Source of the DNA: a virus
Lineage: Duplodnaviria > Caudoviricetes
Virus record (IMG/VR): IMGVR_UViG_3300034079_000006
Coordinates: 1 to 40,043 of that record
DNA: 40,043 nt
Reading direction: 5' to 3' (one strand)
In this document: positions 26,462 through 33,866 of the stretch, piece after piece
Position numbering within the stretch: position 1 is the stretch's first letter
Layout: every line of letters starts with the position of its first letter
The notes under the pieces: generated by a model
Told to the model about the DNA's origin: nothing
The model's input: the letters and a program-made list of their open reading frames with translations, nothing else
Database searches by the model: none
Position numbers and translations under genes: made by a program

Positions 26462-26466
26462 GTCAT
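25681..26466 (-). CDS. C5 methyltransferase beta polypeptide (overlapping alternative frame)
   Basis: 261-aa frame open within alpha; ends LNPDWVGWLMGFPIG (motif IX-like); start ATG overlaps the upstream gene stop (ATGA) after a GGGGAG RBS. Confidence 0.7.
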   Translation of the reverse strand: MTCAPCTCLQASAADCLPTSFSDTSQLSLLSGNPTPAASCANEPLTDGFPACTCGKAMSDCSIHPSTPEKWIASMQASLARTLALLESRQVYLREPDQVFTAKSCASLAWLDQSSCSWRTYQQSFLTDSEPYSETWPRWGMTQGGSAYAHPMSERRITETDGSYLPTPTATDHKGSPVGASLIKRMEMSRGVRLPEQVMRIFNTPLAPRAHDSENTAGKYYPSQRQKDLTSDVAMNGGQLNPDWVGWLMGFPIGFAQAKGK

Positions 26467-26612
26467 TTCTCCCCCTTCATGGCTTCAAAAGCCTGCCGAA
26501 GCTCCCATTCTGGGTAAGCGCGACTCACCATAGTTGCAAGCTCGCGGGCGTGGTCTTCATCGCCCAATTCGCGGATTTTTTGGATCAAGGTGATGGCCTC
26601 TTGTTTTGTCAT
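26463..26612 (-). CDS. Small hypothetical protein (49 aa)
   Basis: MTKQEAITLIQKIRELGDEDHARELATMV...; ATGA overlaps at both ends. Confidence 0.6.
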   Translation of the reverse strand: MTKQEAITLIQKIRELGDEDHARELATMVSRAYPEWELRQAFEAMKGEK

Positions 26613-27571
26613 TGCTCTGGATGGCTGTAGAGCGACAGCGGGTTATCCCCTGCGTTGCCAACGTACTGCAATGAGTTGCGATCAAACCAAAGGCCGATCT
26701 GACCCTCCCATTCGCCATTACGCTGCTTGTCGCAAATCAACAGTGCGTCAGGCTCTTGATCCGAAACCGCTTTACCGGCTTCGCGGTTCTTTTCCTTGGC
26801 CTTGTTGCGCCATACTGCAATCACGTTGTCCACCTGATCCGTAATGGCGCCGGTTCCTTTAAAATCGTATTTGCCGGGTTTGTGGTTTTCGTCGGCTGGC
26901 TTTTTGACATGGTGAACAAGGTGGATGTGCATGGCGTTGTCGCGCGCAATGGCCGTCAGTTCATCGACAAATTCCTTTTGACCGTTGTAGTCGTCTTCCC
27001 CGCTGACGCACTTCATGAGGCTGTCAATCACAAAATGGGTGATGCCTTTTTCCTTTGCGCAGTACCGAACCACGGCGCACACCTGTTTTGCATTGGCTGT
27101 GCCCTGCTGGTCGTACATCCACAGCTTTCCATCTGTCCACTCTGAAAACTGCTCATAAAGGTCGATAAACTGGCGCTGGGCTCTGTTGTCGCCTTGAAAC
27201 GCCGGGTCGTTGACGTTGTAGCCACTCCACTGCCTGGCCATGCGCTCAAGCGTTTTGATCGGCTTCATCTCGAAACTTGCGACACACACCTTTTCATCCT
27301 GGCTGCACAGCGACAGCATGACCTGCCCGGTTACGAGTGATTTGCCCTGCCCGTTGGCGCCGCCCCACACCGTCACTTCACCTGGCCTGAATTGCACCTG
27401 GGAGTGGGTTTTGCGCCACGGCATGACGGAGCGAATTTCTTTCACCGGGTTCTTGATGCGCTCGATCAGCTCACGCACCCAAAGGCTGGCAGGCTTTACC
27501 TTTTGTTTTGCATTGGTTTCATGCTCGTAAAAGCTGAAATCAATATCGTCTGCAATGATCATTTCTGCCAT
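26609..27571 (-). CDS. DnaB/SF4-family replicative helicase (compact form)
   Basis: Walker A GANGQGKS, ASFEM, FVIDSL, HLVHH, KQRNGE motifs. Confidence 0.88.
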   Translation of the reverse strand: MAEMIIADDIDFSFYEHETNAKQKVKPASLWVRELIERIKNPVKEIRSVMPWRKTHSQVQFRPGEVTVWGGANGQGKSLVTGQVMLSLCSQDEKVCVASFEMKPIKTLERMARQWSGYNVNDPAFQGDNRAQRQFIDLYEQFSEWTDGKLWMYDQQGTANAKQVCAVVRYCAKEKGITHFVIDSLMKCVSGEDDYNGQKEFVDELTAIARDNAMHIHLVHHVKKPADENHKPGKYDFKGTGAITDQVDNVIAVWRNKAKEKNREAGKAVSDQEPDALLICDKQRNGEWEGQIGLWFDRNSLQYVGNAGDNPLSLYSHPEQ

Positions 27572-27885
27572 GTCATCACCCCGTCTGTGTCGGTTGTCTC
27601 GATAATTTCAAAGCTGTAACCGTCGCGGCTGTGCAGGTTTGTGATGACCCGTTTTGCCTTTGCGTCGATGCAAGCCCTGCGCATGGATGCAAGCCGTGAT
27701 CTGTTGGCACTTTCAGCAAAAACAGTCGTGCCCACCAGAAACCGCAAATCAAGCGCTTCAGGGTTGTCTGTGGGGGATATGGTTACCGCGTAGTCATTCG
27801 GGGCTTGTTGGGCGTCCTGAAGCCAAATAAACGCTGGTTTGATGCGTTCCCTGCGCATGGCAATGATTGCGTCGTGGCCGTTCAT
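27559..27885 (-). CDS. Hypothetical protein of the replication module
   Basis: 108-aa ORF coupled to both the initiator and the helicase. Confidence 0.7.
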   Translation of the reverse strand: MNGHDAIIAMRRERIKPAFIWLQDAQQAPNDYAVTISPTDNPEALDLRFLVGTTVFAESANRSRLASMRRACIDAKAKRVITNLHSRDGYSFEIIETTDTDGVMTWQK

Positions 27886-28484
27886 AGGAACACTCCCAAT
27901 CCAGCATCATGCGATTTGCCGTCTTCCCATCGGCGCTGATTAAGGTAGGTGGCTGGGTGTGGTATGAATTGGCCGTGTTCTTTTTGCCAATCAGGGCTGT
28001 CAATGCGGGATTCAATGTCTGCCAGTACGTCAGGAAGATTGACGTTGATCTTTGCAGACTTAAATGCGCGAGCTGCTGCTGGCTTGGCTTTTTTGTTTGG
28101 GTATTTTTGCCAAAAAAGATCAAACCCGTCTGTCTCTGTCTCTCCCTCTGTCTCTGTCTCTGGAGTATCAGTTTGATATCCGTCTGATATCGGAGTGATA
28201 TCGCTTTGTATCAGCCAGTGAGACAACTTGGAAACGCAGTCTGTGACGTCTTTTTCAGTCGTTCTCATTCTGAATGCAAGCGTTGAGACACCAGGCAACA
28301 CGCCTTCAAACTCGCTTGCGATAAGCCACAAACTGACAAGCATCTTTGCAGCTTTTGGGTCTAGTTTGTGCCACTCCATGTCATCAAGAAGGTCGCGATA
28401 CAGCTTTACCCATGGTGGCCTGCGATCTTTGAAGTGCTGGAATTTGGCCCAGTTCTTGATGCTGAATGTCATAGTGCAGCCCAC
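27882..28484 (-). CDS. Replication initiator protein
   Basis: IKNWAKFQHFKDRRPPWVKL N-domain; FDLFWQKYPNKKAK...FIPHPATYLNQRRWED C-domain typical of phage initiators. Confidence 0.8.
   Translation of the reverse strand: MGCTMTFSIKNWAKFQHFKDRRPPWVKLYRDLLDDMEWHKLDPKAAKMLVSLWLIASEFEGVLPGVSTLAFRMRTTEKDVTDCVSKLSHWLIQSDITPISDGYQTDTPETETEGETETDGFDLFWQKYPNKKAKPAAARAFKSAKINVNLPDVLADIESRIDSPDWQKEHGQFIPHPATYLNQRRWEDGKSHDAGLGVFL
28125..28215. repeat. Putative replication origin iterons within the initiator gene
   Basis: TGATATC at 28174, 28185 and 28196 (11-bp period) flanked by GTATC half-copies and a TCTCTG repeat. Confidence 0.55.
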
Positions 28485-28759
28485 AATCTCTCACGCCGCC
28501 CTGTAGCCGTCAAACGGGTTTCCTGATGCGGCTGTACCAGCTCACGCTTTTGAAGGTCACTCAAACGCTTCCTGACCTGATACGCATCCAAGCTAGTCAT
28601 GGCTGCGATCTGCTCGGCGCCGGCCTGGCCCTTGCGCTTCAATGCCATCAAAATGCTGGTGCAGTGATCGGACTGGAATTCCTTCACGCGGTCAGCCGCC
28701 TCAAAGCTGGTCACTGGATCAGATGCGCGGCATAGTGGGGGTTGCAGGTCGTAGTTCAT
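28469..28759 (-). CDS. Winged-helix DNA-binding protein
   Basis: RASDPVTSFEAA...AEQIAAMTSLDAYQVRKRLSDLQKRELV. Confidence 0.7.
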   Translation of the reverse strand: MNYDLQPPLCRASDPVTSFEAADRVKEFQSDHCTSILMALKRKGQAGAEQIAAMTSLDAYQVRKRLSDLQKRELVQPHQETRLTATGRRERLWAAL

Positions 28760-28992
28760 GCGATGCTCCTAACTGACTCAGGCATTGCCGATCCGCGCCA
28801 GAAACCATCACTACCAACAAACATACCCTTTGCTGTCATCTCCGTGATGCTCAGACAGCGCCGTTGATTGTTTTCATGCTCACCTACACGGTGCTTCTCA
28901 AAAGCGTGTGATGAATTGAAATACTGAGAACATGCCCCGCATTGATTTCTATCGCCGCGAAGTGTTTTCCTTGTTAAAATTTGTTCAGTCAT
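28756..28992 (-). CDS. Small zinc-binding protein
   Basis: CGAC...FEKHR...RRC motif. Confidence 0.7.
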   Translation of the reverse strand: MTEQILTRKTLRGDRNQCGACSQYFNSSHAFEKHRVGEHENNQRRCLSITEMTAKGMFVGSDGFWRGSAMPESVRSIA

Positions 28993-29060
28993 TGAAATTC
29001 ATCCTTTCAGTTAATAGAAGGCCGCTGGTGTTTGCGCACCATGCGGCTTTTGTTTGGCGC

Positions 29061-29723
29061 TCATACAAGCGCCTCTTGGAATTGCTTCATTGGTTCTGGC
29101 GCGAACAGCTGGCCTTGCGCTACAGCTTGTTCAATGCGGCGACAAGCTATTTCAAAGTAGCGTTCTTCGCGTTCTATGCCGATAAACTTGCGGCCTAGCT
29201 GGATAGCTGCTACGCCTGTTGTGCCGCTTCCCATGAATGGGTCTAGGATGGTTTGCGGGTGGTTTTTGCATATGTCAATGCACCAGCGCATTAACTCAAC
29301 AGGCTTCTGCGTTGGGTGCTCATCGCCCTTGTTTTTCTTGTGATGGCTAAACTGGCGAAGCGCCTTGTGTTGGCTTGTCCACGCAAGTTCTCCGTCTGCA
29401 AAGTCGCCTCCCATACGCTTTTCCCAATACAGCCAACCCATGGTTGGGGGGAGGTAGTCGGCAAAATAGTTGCCACCCCAATAAACTCGCACTTCGCCTG
29501 CAGCTTCCATCAACGCAAATACCGCCGCATCAGGCCGACCGGAATCCCATCCCATCTTTTCGCCGTTGGTGCGCTTGCTTCCTCGCGTGCGCTGAGCGCC
29601 ACCATCTTGTCCGATGCCATACGGAGGGTCAGTAATCACCGCATCAACCTTTCCCAGCGTCGGCAGCAAATCCATGCAATCGCCTAAAAATAAAGTGGCA
29701 TCACCAATGATTACGGGTGTCAT
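29061..29723 (-). CDS. DNA N6-adenine / N4-cytosine methyltransferase (beta class)
   Basis: TDPPYG, HPTQKP and [11 protein letters not shown] motifs. Confidence 0.92.
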   Translation of the reverse strand: MTPVIIGDATLFLGDCMDLLPTLGKVDAVITDPPYGIGQDGGAQRTRGSKRTNGEKMGWDSGRPDAAVFALMEAAGEVRVYWGGNYFADYLPPTMGWLYWEKRMGGDFADGELAWTSQHKALRQFSHHKKNKGDEHPTQKPVELMRWCIDICKNHPQTILDPFMGSGTTGVAAIQLGRKFIGIEREERYFEIACRRIEQAVAQGQLFAPEPMKQFQEALV

Positions 29724-29890
29724 ATCGCCGCCTTGCAAATCACCCGGCTCTTATCCGTATCCGCCTGCGAAATCATCGGCGGGCAGAAGTGATGGTTCGT
29801 CTTCGGTGTGCAGTCTTTGAGCAAAGCAAGGATGCGCTGGCGGTGCTGTGCGTTGCCCTGGCGCATGGCCTCGGATATTGATTGCTTCAT
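29720..29890 (-). CDS. Small hypothetical protein (56 aa)
   Basis: [27 protein letters not shown]...; ATGA overlaps at both ends. Confidence 0.6.
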   Translation of the reverse strand: MKQSISEAMRQGNAQHRQRILALLKDCTPKTNHHFCPPMISQADTDKSRVICKAAI

Positions 29891-30369
29891 TTTGCTGCAA
29901 TCTTGCGATGAGCCTTGTCGATCAACGCCTCAAGCCATGCTCTGCCATGATGATGCGCCATAAGCTCACGTAGCTTTGCCCAGTGCGGAATGGTTAAGCG
30001 GATTGACGCCGCAGATGTCAATCCGACTGATACTAAAACTTTATTCTTTTTTGATGATTCTGGGAATGATCTTAGCTTACTATCCAAAGCCATTCCTCTT
30101 ATTGAATTGCACGAAAAGCAAACTGGATCTACTTCAAGTGGCTTTGTGTAATCTCGATGATCATGAACATGAGCACGGCAACCACAATCGACACATAATT
30201 TTTCAGTTGCTTTTGAAAAAGCATGTTTTTTTATGTAGTTATTAAGTATCGCGCTTGCTTTGCTTCCCTCTTTTAAGTGCTCTTTCTGGCAAGATTCACA
30301 AACATCTTGAGCTTGCGTGTGTCTTGTTGATTGACTATTACAGCGCATACATTTGAAAGTGCGATTCAT
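29887..30369 (-). CDS. Zinc-finger / HNH-like protein with a possible ribbon-helix-helix C-terminus
   Basis: CMRC...CESC; CVDCG...HDHRDYTKPLEVDPVCFSCN; ATGA overlap with the cro-like gene. Confidence 0.65.
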   Translation of the reverse strand: MNRTFKCMRCNSQSTRHTQAQDVCESCQKEHLKEGSKASAILNNYIKKHAFSKATEKLCVDCGCRAHVHDHRDYTKPLEVDPVCFSCNSIRGMALDSKLRSFPESSKKNKVLVSVGLTSAASIRLTIPHWAKLRELMAHHHGRAWLEALIDKAHRKIAAK

Positions 30370-30524
30370 TTCATGCCTTTCTTTTTCAACCATGCTAAAA
30401 ACTGAAACTCGCGCAGCGGAGGCATGGACTCCCCCCAGGCGTAGATCGCGGTCGTGGTGATCTTGAAGATCGCGGCCAGGTTCTTGATGCCCTTGGCCTT
30501 CTTGATTGCGTATTGTGTTTTCAT
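30366..30524 (-). CDS. Cro-like HTH regulator (52 aa, likely leaderless)
   Basis: MKTQYAIKKAKGIKNLAAIFKITTTAIYAWGESMPPLREFQ fits the Cro-like pattern; first gene after the divergent promoter. Confidence 0.8.
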   Translation of the reverse strand: MKTQYAIKKAKGIKNLAAIFKITTTAIYAWGESMPPLREFQFLAWLKKKGMK

Positions 30525-30530
30525 GGCTGG

Positions 30531-30559
30531 ATTATGACGCATGAAAAATAAATTGTCAA
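30531..30559 (-). promoter_or_regulatory. sigma70 promoter driving cro and the replication genes
   Basis: TTGACA (30559-30554) - 17 bp - CATAAT (30536-30531); ATG 7 nt downstream. Confidence 0.8.
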
Positions 30560-30565
30560 GATGTG

Positions 30566-30594
30566 TTGACAAGATAAATTGATTGGCATATGAT
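30566..30594 (+). promoter_or_regulatory. sigma70 promoter driving the early plus-strand operon
   Basis: TTGACA (30566-30571) - 17 bp - TATGAT (30589-30594). Confidence 0.85.
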
Positions 30595-30600
30595 TCAGTC

Positions 30601-30837
30601 ATCGCAAAACGAAACGACACAACCCAGCCCGACGCAACGAGGGCTTTTATCCGAACCGCATGGCGCTAGGGGGTTTAGCTACTAAGTGGCGCAGTGGAGT
30701 TAGGCGGGTAGAGAGTGATTCGATGAAGTGGCTACATGACGGGAGTGTTTCCCTCTGTGCTGATCAGACTGGTTAAGCGAACGTAGCCTAGCCACTTCTT
30801 CGAATTGCTCTCTAGGTCAATCAACCAAGGAGTGAAT
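30601..30837 (+). other. Structured ~240-nt 5' leader (candidate regulatory RNA)
   Basis: Hairpin AGCCC...GGGCT-TTTAT at 30626-30650; 26-bp stem 30709-30734 / 30789-30814 with one mismatch and two G-U pairs. Confidence 0.6.
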
Positions 30838-31779
30838 ATGGCAACACGTAAAAAGAAATCTGAGACAGCACTTGTGCTGCGCTGCTGCAACTCAGACATG
30901 AGCAGCAAAAACGGCTTTGTCTGGCCCGGTGTCGGCGGCATCGCAACTGCGCCAGATTGGAAAGATGATGGAGAATGCGGGTCTGGCCTGCACGGTTGGC
31001 TGTATGGGCAAGGCGATCACAACACCAGTGATTATTGGAATCAAATTGATGCAAAGTGGCTGGTTGTCGAGGTGAAATTTTCCAGCATCAGAATGCTGGG
31101 CGGAAAGTGCAAATTCCAGAGAGGAAAAGTTGTTTTTATTGGCACTAAATCAGAAGCTGCCGACTACATTGTTTTAAACGAACCGCAGGCTGCGAATGTT
31201 TCGGTGATCGGATTGATCGCTGAATGTGGCGAAGGCGGCGTTTTGCAAGGAGGTGCGCTATCGGTGCTGACCGGCGGCTACTCCGCAACGATGACCGGCG
31301 GCAACTCCGCAACGATGACCGGCGGCAACTCCGCAACGATGACCGGCGGCTACTCCGCAAAGATGACCGGCGGCAACTACGCAACGATGATCGGCGGCAA
31401 CTACGCAACGATGACCGGAGGCCACTCCGCAAAGATGACCGGCGGCGAATCCGCAACGATGACCGGCGGCGAATCCGCAACGATGACCGGCGGCTACTCC
31501 GCAACGATGACCGGCGGCAACTCCGCAACGATGACCGGAGGCAACTACGCAACGATGACCGGCGGCTACTCCGCAAAGATGACCGGCGGCGAATCCGCAA
31601 CGATGACCGGCGGCCACTACGCAACGATGACCGGCGGCAACTACGCAACGATGCACTTCGCTTATTTTGATGGCAAGCGCGACCGCACTGTTATTGGATA
31701 TGTTGGTGAGGACGGAATTAAGCCAAACATTGCTTACATACTTGATTCGAATCACAAAATTGTCGAGGTTATCAAATGA
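30838..31779 (+). CDS. Ice-nucleation-protein (InaZ)-like protein, miniature (313 aa)
   Basis: N-domain ALVLRCCNSDM...GFVWP...GLHGWLYGQG...DAKWLVVEV...KFQRGKVVFIG; 16 octapeptide repeats TGG[YNHE][SY]A[TK]M; C-domain FDGKRDR...GEDGIKPNIAY; AAGGAG RBS. Confidence 0.75.
   Translation: MATRKKKSETALVLRCCNSDMSSKNGFVWPGVGGIATAPDWKDDGECGSGLHGWLYGQGDHNTSDYWNQIDAKWLVVEVKFSSIRMLGGKCKFQRGKVVFIGTKSEAADYIVLNEPQAANVSVIGLIAECGEGGVLQGGALSVLTGGYSATMTGGNSATMTGGNSATMTGGYSAKMTGGNYATMIGGNYATMTGGHSAKMTGGESATMTGGESATMTGGYSATMTGGNSATMTGGNYATMTGGYSAKMTGGESATMTGGHYATMTGGNYATMHFAYFDGKRDRTVIGYVGEDGIKPNIAYILDSNHKIVEVIK
31270..31653 (+). repeat. Coding tandem repeat, 16 x 24 bp
   Basis: Consensus ACCGGCGGC(T/A/C)ACT(C/A)CGCAA(C/A)GATG with GAA variants; no spacers. 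Confidence 0.97.
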
Positions 31780-32117
31780 ATGCACAAATTGACATGGAAC
31801 AGCTCGCATCCCAGGTCTGCGGCTTTGCGCCAAAGAGCTTAGTCAAGCAGCTTGCAGAGTACAAGCGTACCGAGGGCTACGGGTCAAACTTTGTTGCTGA
31901 AACCGCGCTAGGAGAAGGCGATGGAAAGGTTTCGGTCTACTTCAACACCGACAGCGAAAGTGATCCGGTCGACCTGCGCATCTGGCATAGTGGCACTGAG
32001 GTCACATCAATCATGACTGCGGACCAACTGACACGCTGCATTGACGCCTGCGAAAAGGCGCTGCCGAAACAACTCAAATCTTACAACAACGACATGATGA
32101 TTGCGAGGACGGTATGA
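31776..32117 (+). CDS. Hypothetical protein
   Basis: 113-aa ORF, ATGA-coupled at both ends. Confidence 0.75.
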   Translation: MNAQIDMEQLASQVCGFAPKSLVKQLAEYKRTEGYGSNFVAETALGEGDGKVSVYFNTDSESDPVDLRIWHSGTEVTSIMTADQLTRCIDACEKALPKQLKSYNNDMMIARTV

Positions 32118-32521
32118 AGGCGCTATCCATTCGCCAGCCTTGGGCTTGGTTAATTCTCAACGCTGGCAAAGACATTGAGAACCGGAGCTGGTCGACAAAG
32201 TTCCGTGGAACAGTGCTTATTCACGCAAGCAAAGGATGCACCAAAGCCGAATTTGAAGACGCATCAGAGTTCGCATGGAGTATTGGTGTCGATACCGAAA
32301 AGATGCCCGGCTGGAAGCAAATTGAGCGCGGCGGAATTGTTGGCAGCGTTGAAATTGCCGATTGTGTCGATGACAGCGGATCTCAATGGTTCTTTGGTGA
32401 TTATGGGTTTGTGCTTCGCAACCCAAAGATATTGCCATTTACGAATTTCACTGGTGCGCTTGGCTTTTTTGATGCTCCTGAAATTGTGTTGACCCCCCAT
32501 GTGAACGGCGGTGCAGCATGA
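32114..32521 (+). CDS. ASCH-domain protein
   Basis: KALSIRQPWAWLILNAGKDIENRSW...LIHAS...GGIVGSV...GALGFF. Confidence 0.9.
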   Translation: MKALSIRQPWAWLILNAGKDIENRSWSTKFRGTVLIHASKGCTKAEFEDASEFAWSIGVDTEKMPGWKQIERGGIVGSVEIADCVDDSGSQWFFGDYGFVLRNPKILPFTNFTGALGFFDAPEIVLTPHVNGGAA

Positions 32522-32736
32522 AATCCGGCATCGCAACTTACGGCCACCTCTGCTGCGCCAACGCATCCATGAGCGTATGGCAATGGGACACATCGCTACA
32601 CGGCAAGAAGTCTGGCACCTACTTTGTGGTGTGCAACAACTTGCCGCTGGCACACATGCAGGGCGTGAATGTCAGCAACATGCACGTCGAGTGCATCGTG
32701 GACGATTTTGGAAACCTTGTGAAGGCAACATCATGA
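32518..32736 (+). CDS. Hypothetical protein
   Basis: 72-aa ORF, ATGA-coupled. Confidence 0.6.
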   Translation: MKSGIATYGHLCCANASMSVWQWDTSLHGKKSGTYFVVCNNLPLAHMQGVNVSNMHVECIVDDFGNLVKATS

Positions 32737-33176
32737 AAACAAAACAACTGGCGCTTGACGCGCTGAAAAAATGCCTTGATGAATTTGGGCCAGAGCATGA
32801 CGGCACAGATTTTGAAAGCGAATGCACGGAATGCTGGGCGGCAAAGCAGGCTCGTGAGGGTGTAGCCGCCCTGGAAGCCGATATTGCGCAGCCGGTGGAG
32901 CCGGTGTGGTTCGCTTGCGATACAGAAGGCGCGGAGTTCGACATCACGTTTGTCACAACGCGCGAAGAAGCTGCGGAGGCGGTTGATTGCGCGCTTGCGG
33001 ATGATCCAGACTTGAAATTCGAAGACCTCGTTACGCCACTCTACACCACCCAACCAGAACCAGCAGTGAATGCGGAACTGCTGGAAGCGCTGAAACGGTG
33101 CAAATTTGATTCGCTGAATATGTCGCTTGCCGACATGGAATTTTGCCGAGCAGCCTTCTTAAAGGCCACATCATGA
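32733..33176 (+). CDS. Hypothetical protein
   Basis: MKTKQLALDALKK...TPLYTTQP...NAELLEALK; ATGA-coupled. Confidence 0.7.
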   Translation: MKTKQLALDALKKCLDEFGPEHDGTDFESECTECWAAKQAREGVAALEADIAQPVEPVWFACDTEGAEFDITFVTTREEAAEAVDCALADDPDLKFEDLVTPLYTTQPEPAVNAELLEALKRCKFDSLNMSLADMEFCRAAFLKATS

Positions 33177-33331
33177 GCTACCCCACATCCCTACGTTTCC
33201 CGCGCACCATGCGCCAGTCCGGTACGGCCTACGCCGCCAGCATCGAGCGCACCCGCCGCAGTGACGCCAGCGGCAAGATCATTGTGCTGGTGCTCATGGC
33301 CCTGCTGGGCATTGCCTGGAGCTTGTCATGA
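33173..33331 (+). CDS. Small protein with a C-terminal TM helix
   Basis: RFPRTM motif, hydrophobic C-terminus, ATGA-coupled. Confidence 0.6.
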   Translation: MSYPTSLRFPRTMRQSGTAYAASIERTRRSDASGKIIVLVLMALLGIAWSLS

Positions 33332-33537
33332 GCGGGGCGCATACACCAGGCCCGGTGAATTACGACCCAACAGATACCGACAAGATGAATCTCCCTGCTG
33401 GAATCACATGCGGTGATTGCCAGAGCATCCGCCGCTGCAAAGCCATGTTTGGGCATATTGAAACCGACACCCGCTGCGATTGGTCGCCCTCTCGTTTCTG
33501 GCCTGCACGTGTCGTAGCCACTGGAGCCGCATCATGA
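33328..33537 (+). CDS. Small Cys-rich protein
   Basis: LPAGITCGDC...RCKAMFG...CDWSPSRF. Confidence 0.7.
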   Translation: MSGAHTPGPVNYDPTDTDKMNLPAGITCGDCQSIRRCKAMFGHIETDTRCDWSPSRFWPARVVATGAAS

Positions 33538-33836
33538 CCAAGCCCTACGAATCCGGCTGCACCCAAGTGTGCAACCAAGGCCGCGACTGTACATGCACGC
33601 AGATGGTGTGCCAAAGCGCTGCACCCGAGGCGGGCAATTTCCGAATCATTGACCTCGGGCCGGATGACGACGACAGCCAACCGCTGAACCACGATGAAGC
33701 CATGCGCCTGGTACGCACGCTACTGGTCTGGCTGCTGGCTGTGCCGGCGGCTGTGGCCGCGCTGGCCCTGGCCGTGAGCTACACAACCGAGCGCTGGGCT
33801 GATGTGATCTGGGCTTACCTGGCGCAACTGTCTTGA
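33534..33836 (+). CDS. Hypothetical membrane protein
   Basis: CNQGRDC motif and a C-terminal TM segment. Confidence 0.65.
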   Translation: MTKPYESGCTQVCNQGRDCTCTQMVCQSAAPEAGNFRIIDLGPDDDDSQPLNHDEAMRLVRTLLVWLLAVPAAVAALALAVSYTTERWADVIWAYLAQLS

Positions 33837-33866
33837 CTACCAACTATTTTTTAACTGAGAAACATC

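Noticed and set aside
31270-31653. CRISPR array or DGR variable/template repeat
   Set aside because: Units are contiguous 24-mers with no unique spacers and are in-frame coding; no cas or reverse transcriptase gene and no separate template copy was seen
31145-31833. Long alternative-frame ORFs (RNDDRRQL, SSLRSCRR and AAGHRCGV repeats)
   Set aside because: By-products of a stop-free 24-bp repeat; only the 30838 frame has an RBS and recognisable flanking domains
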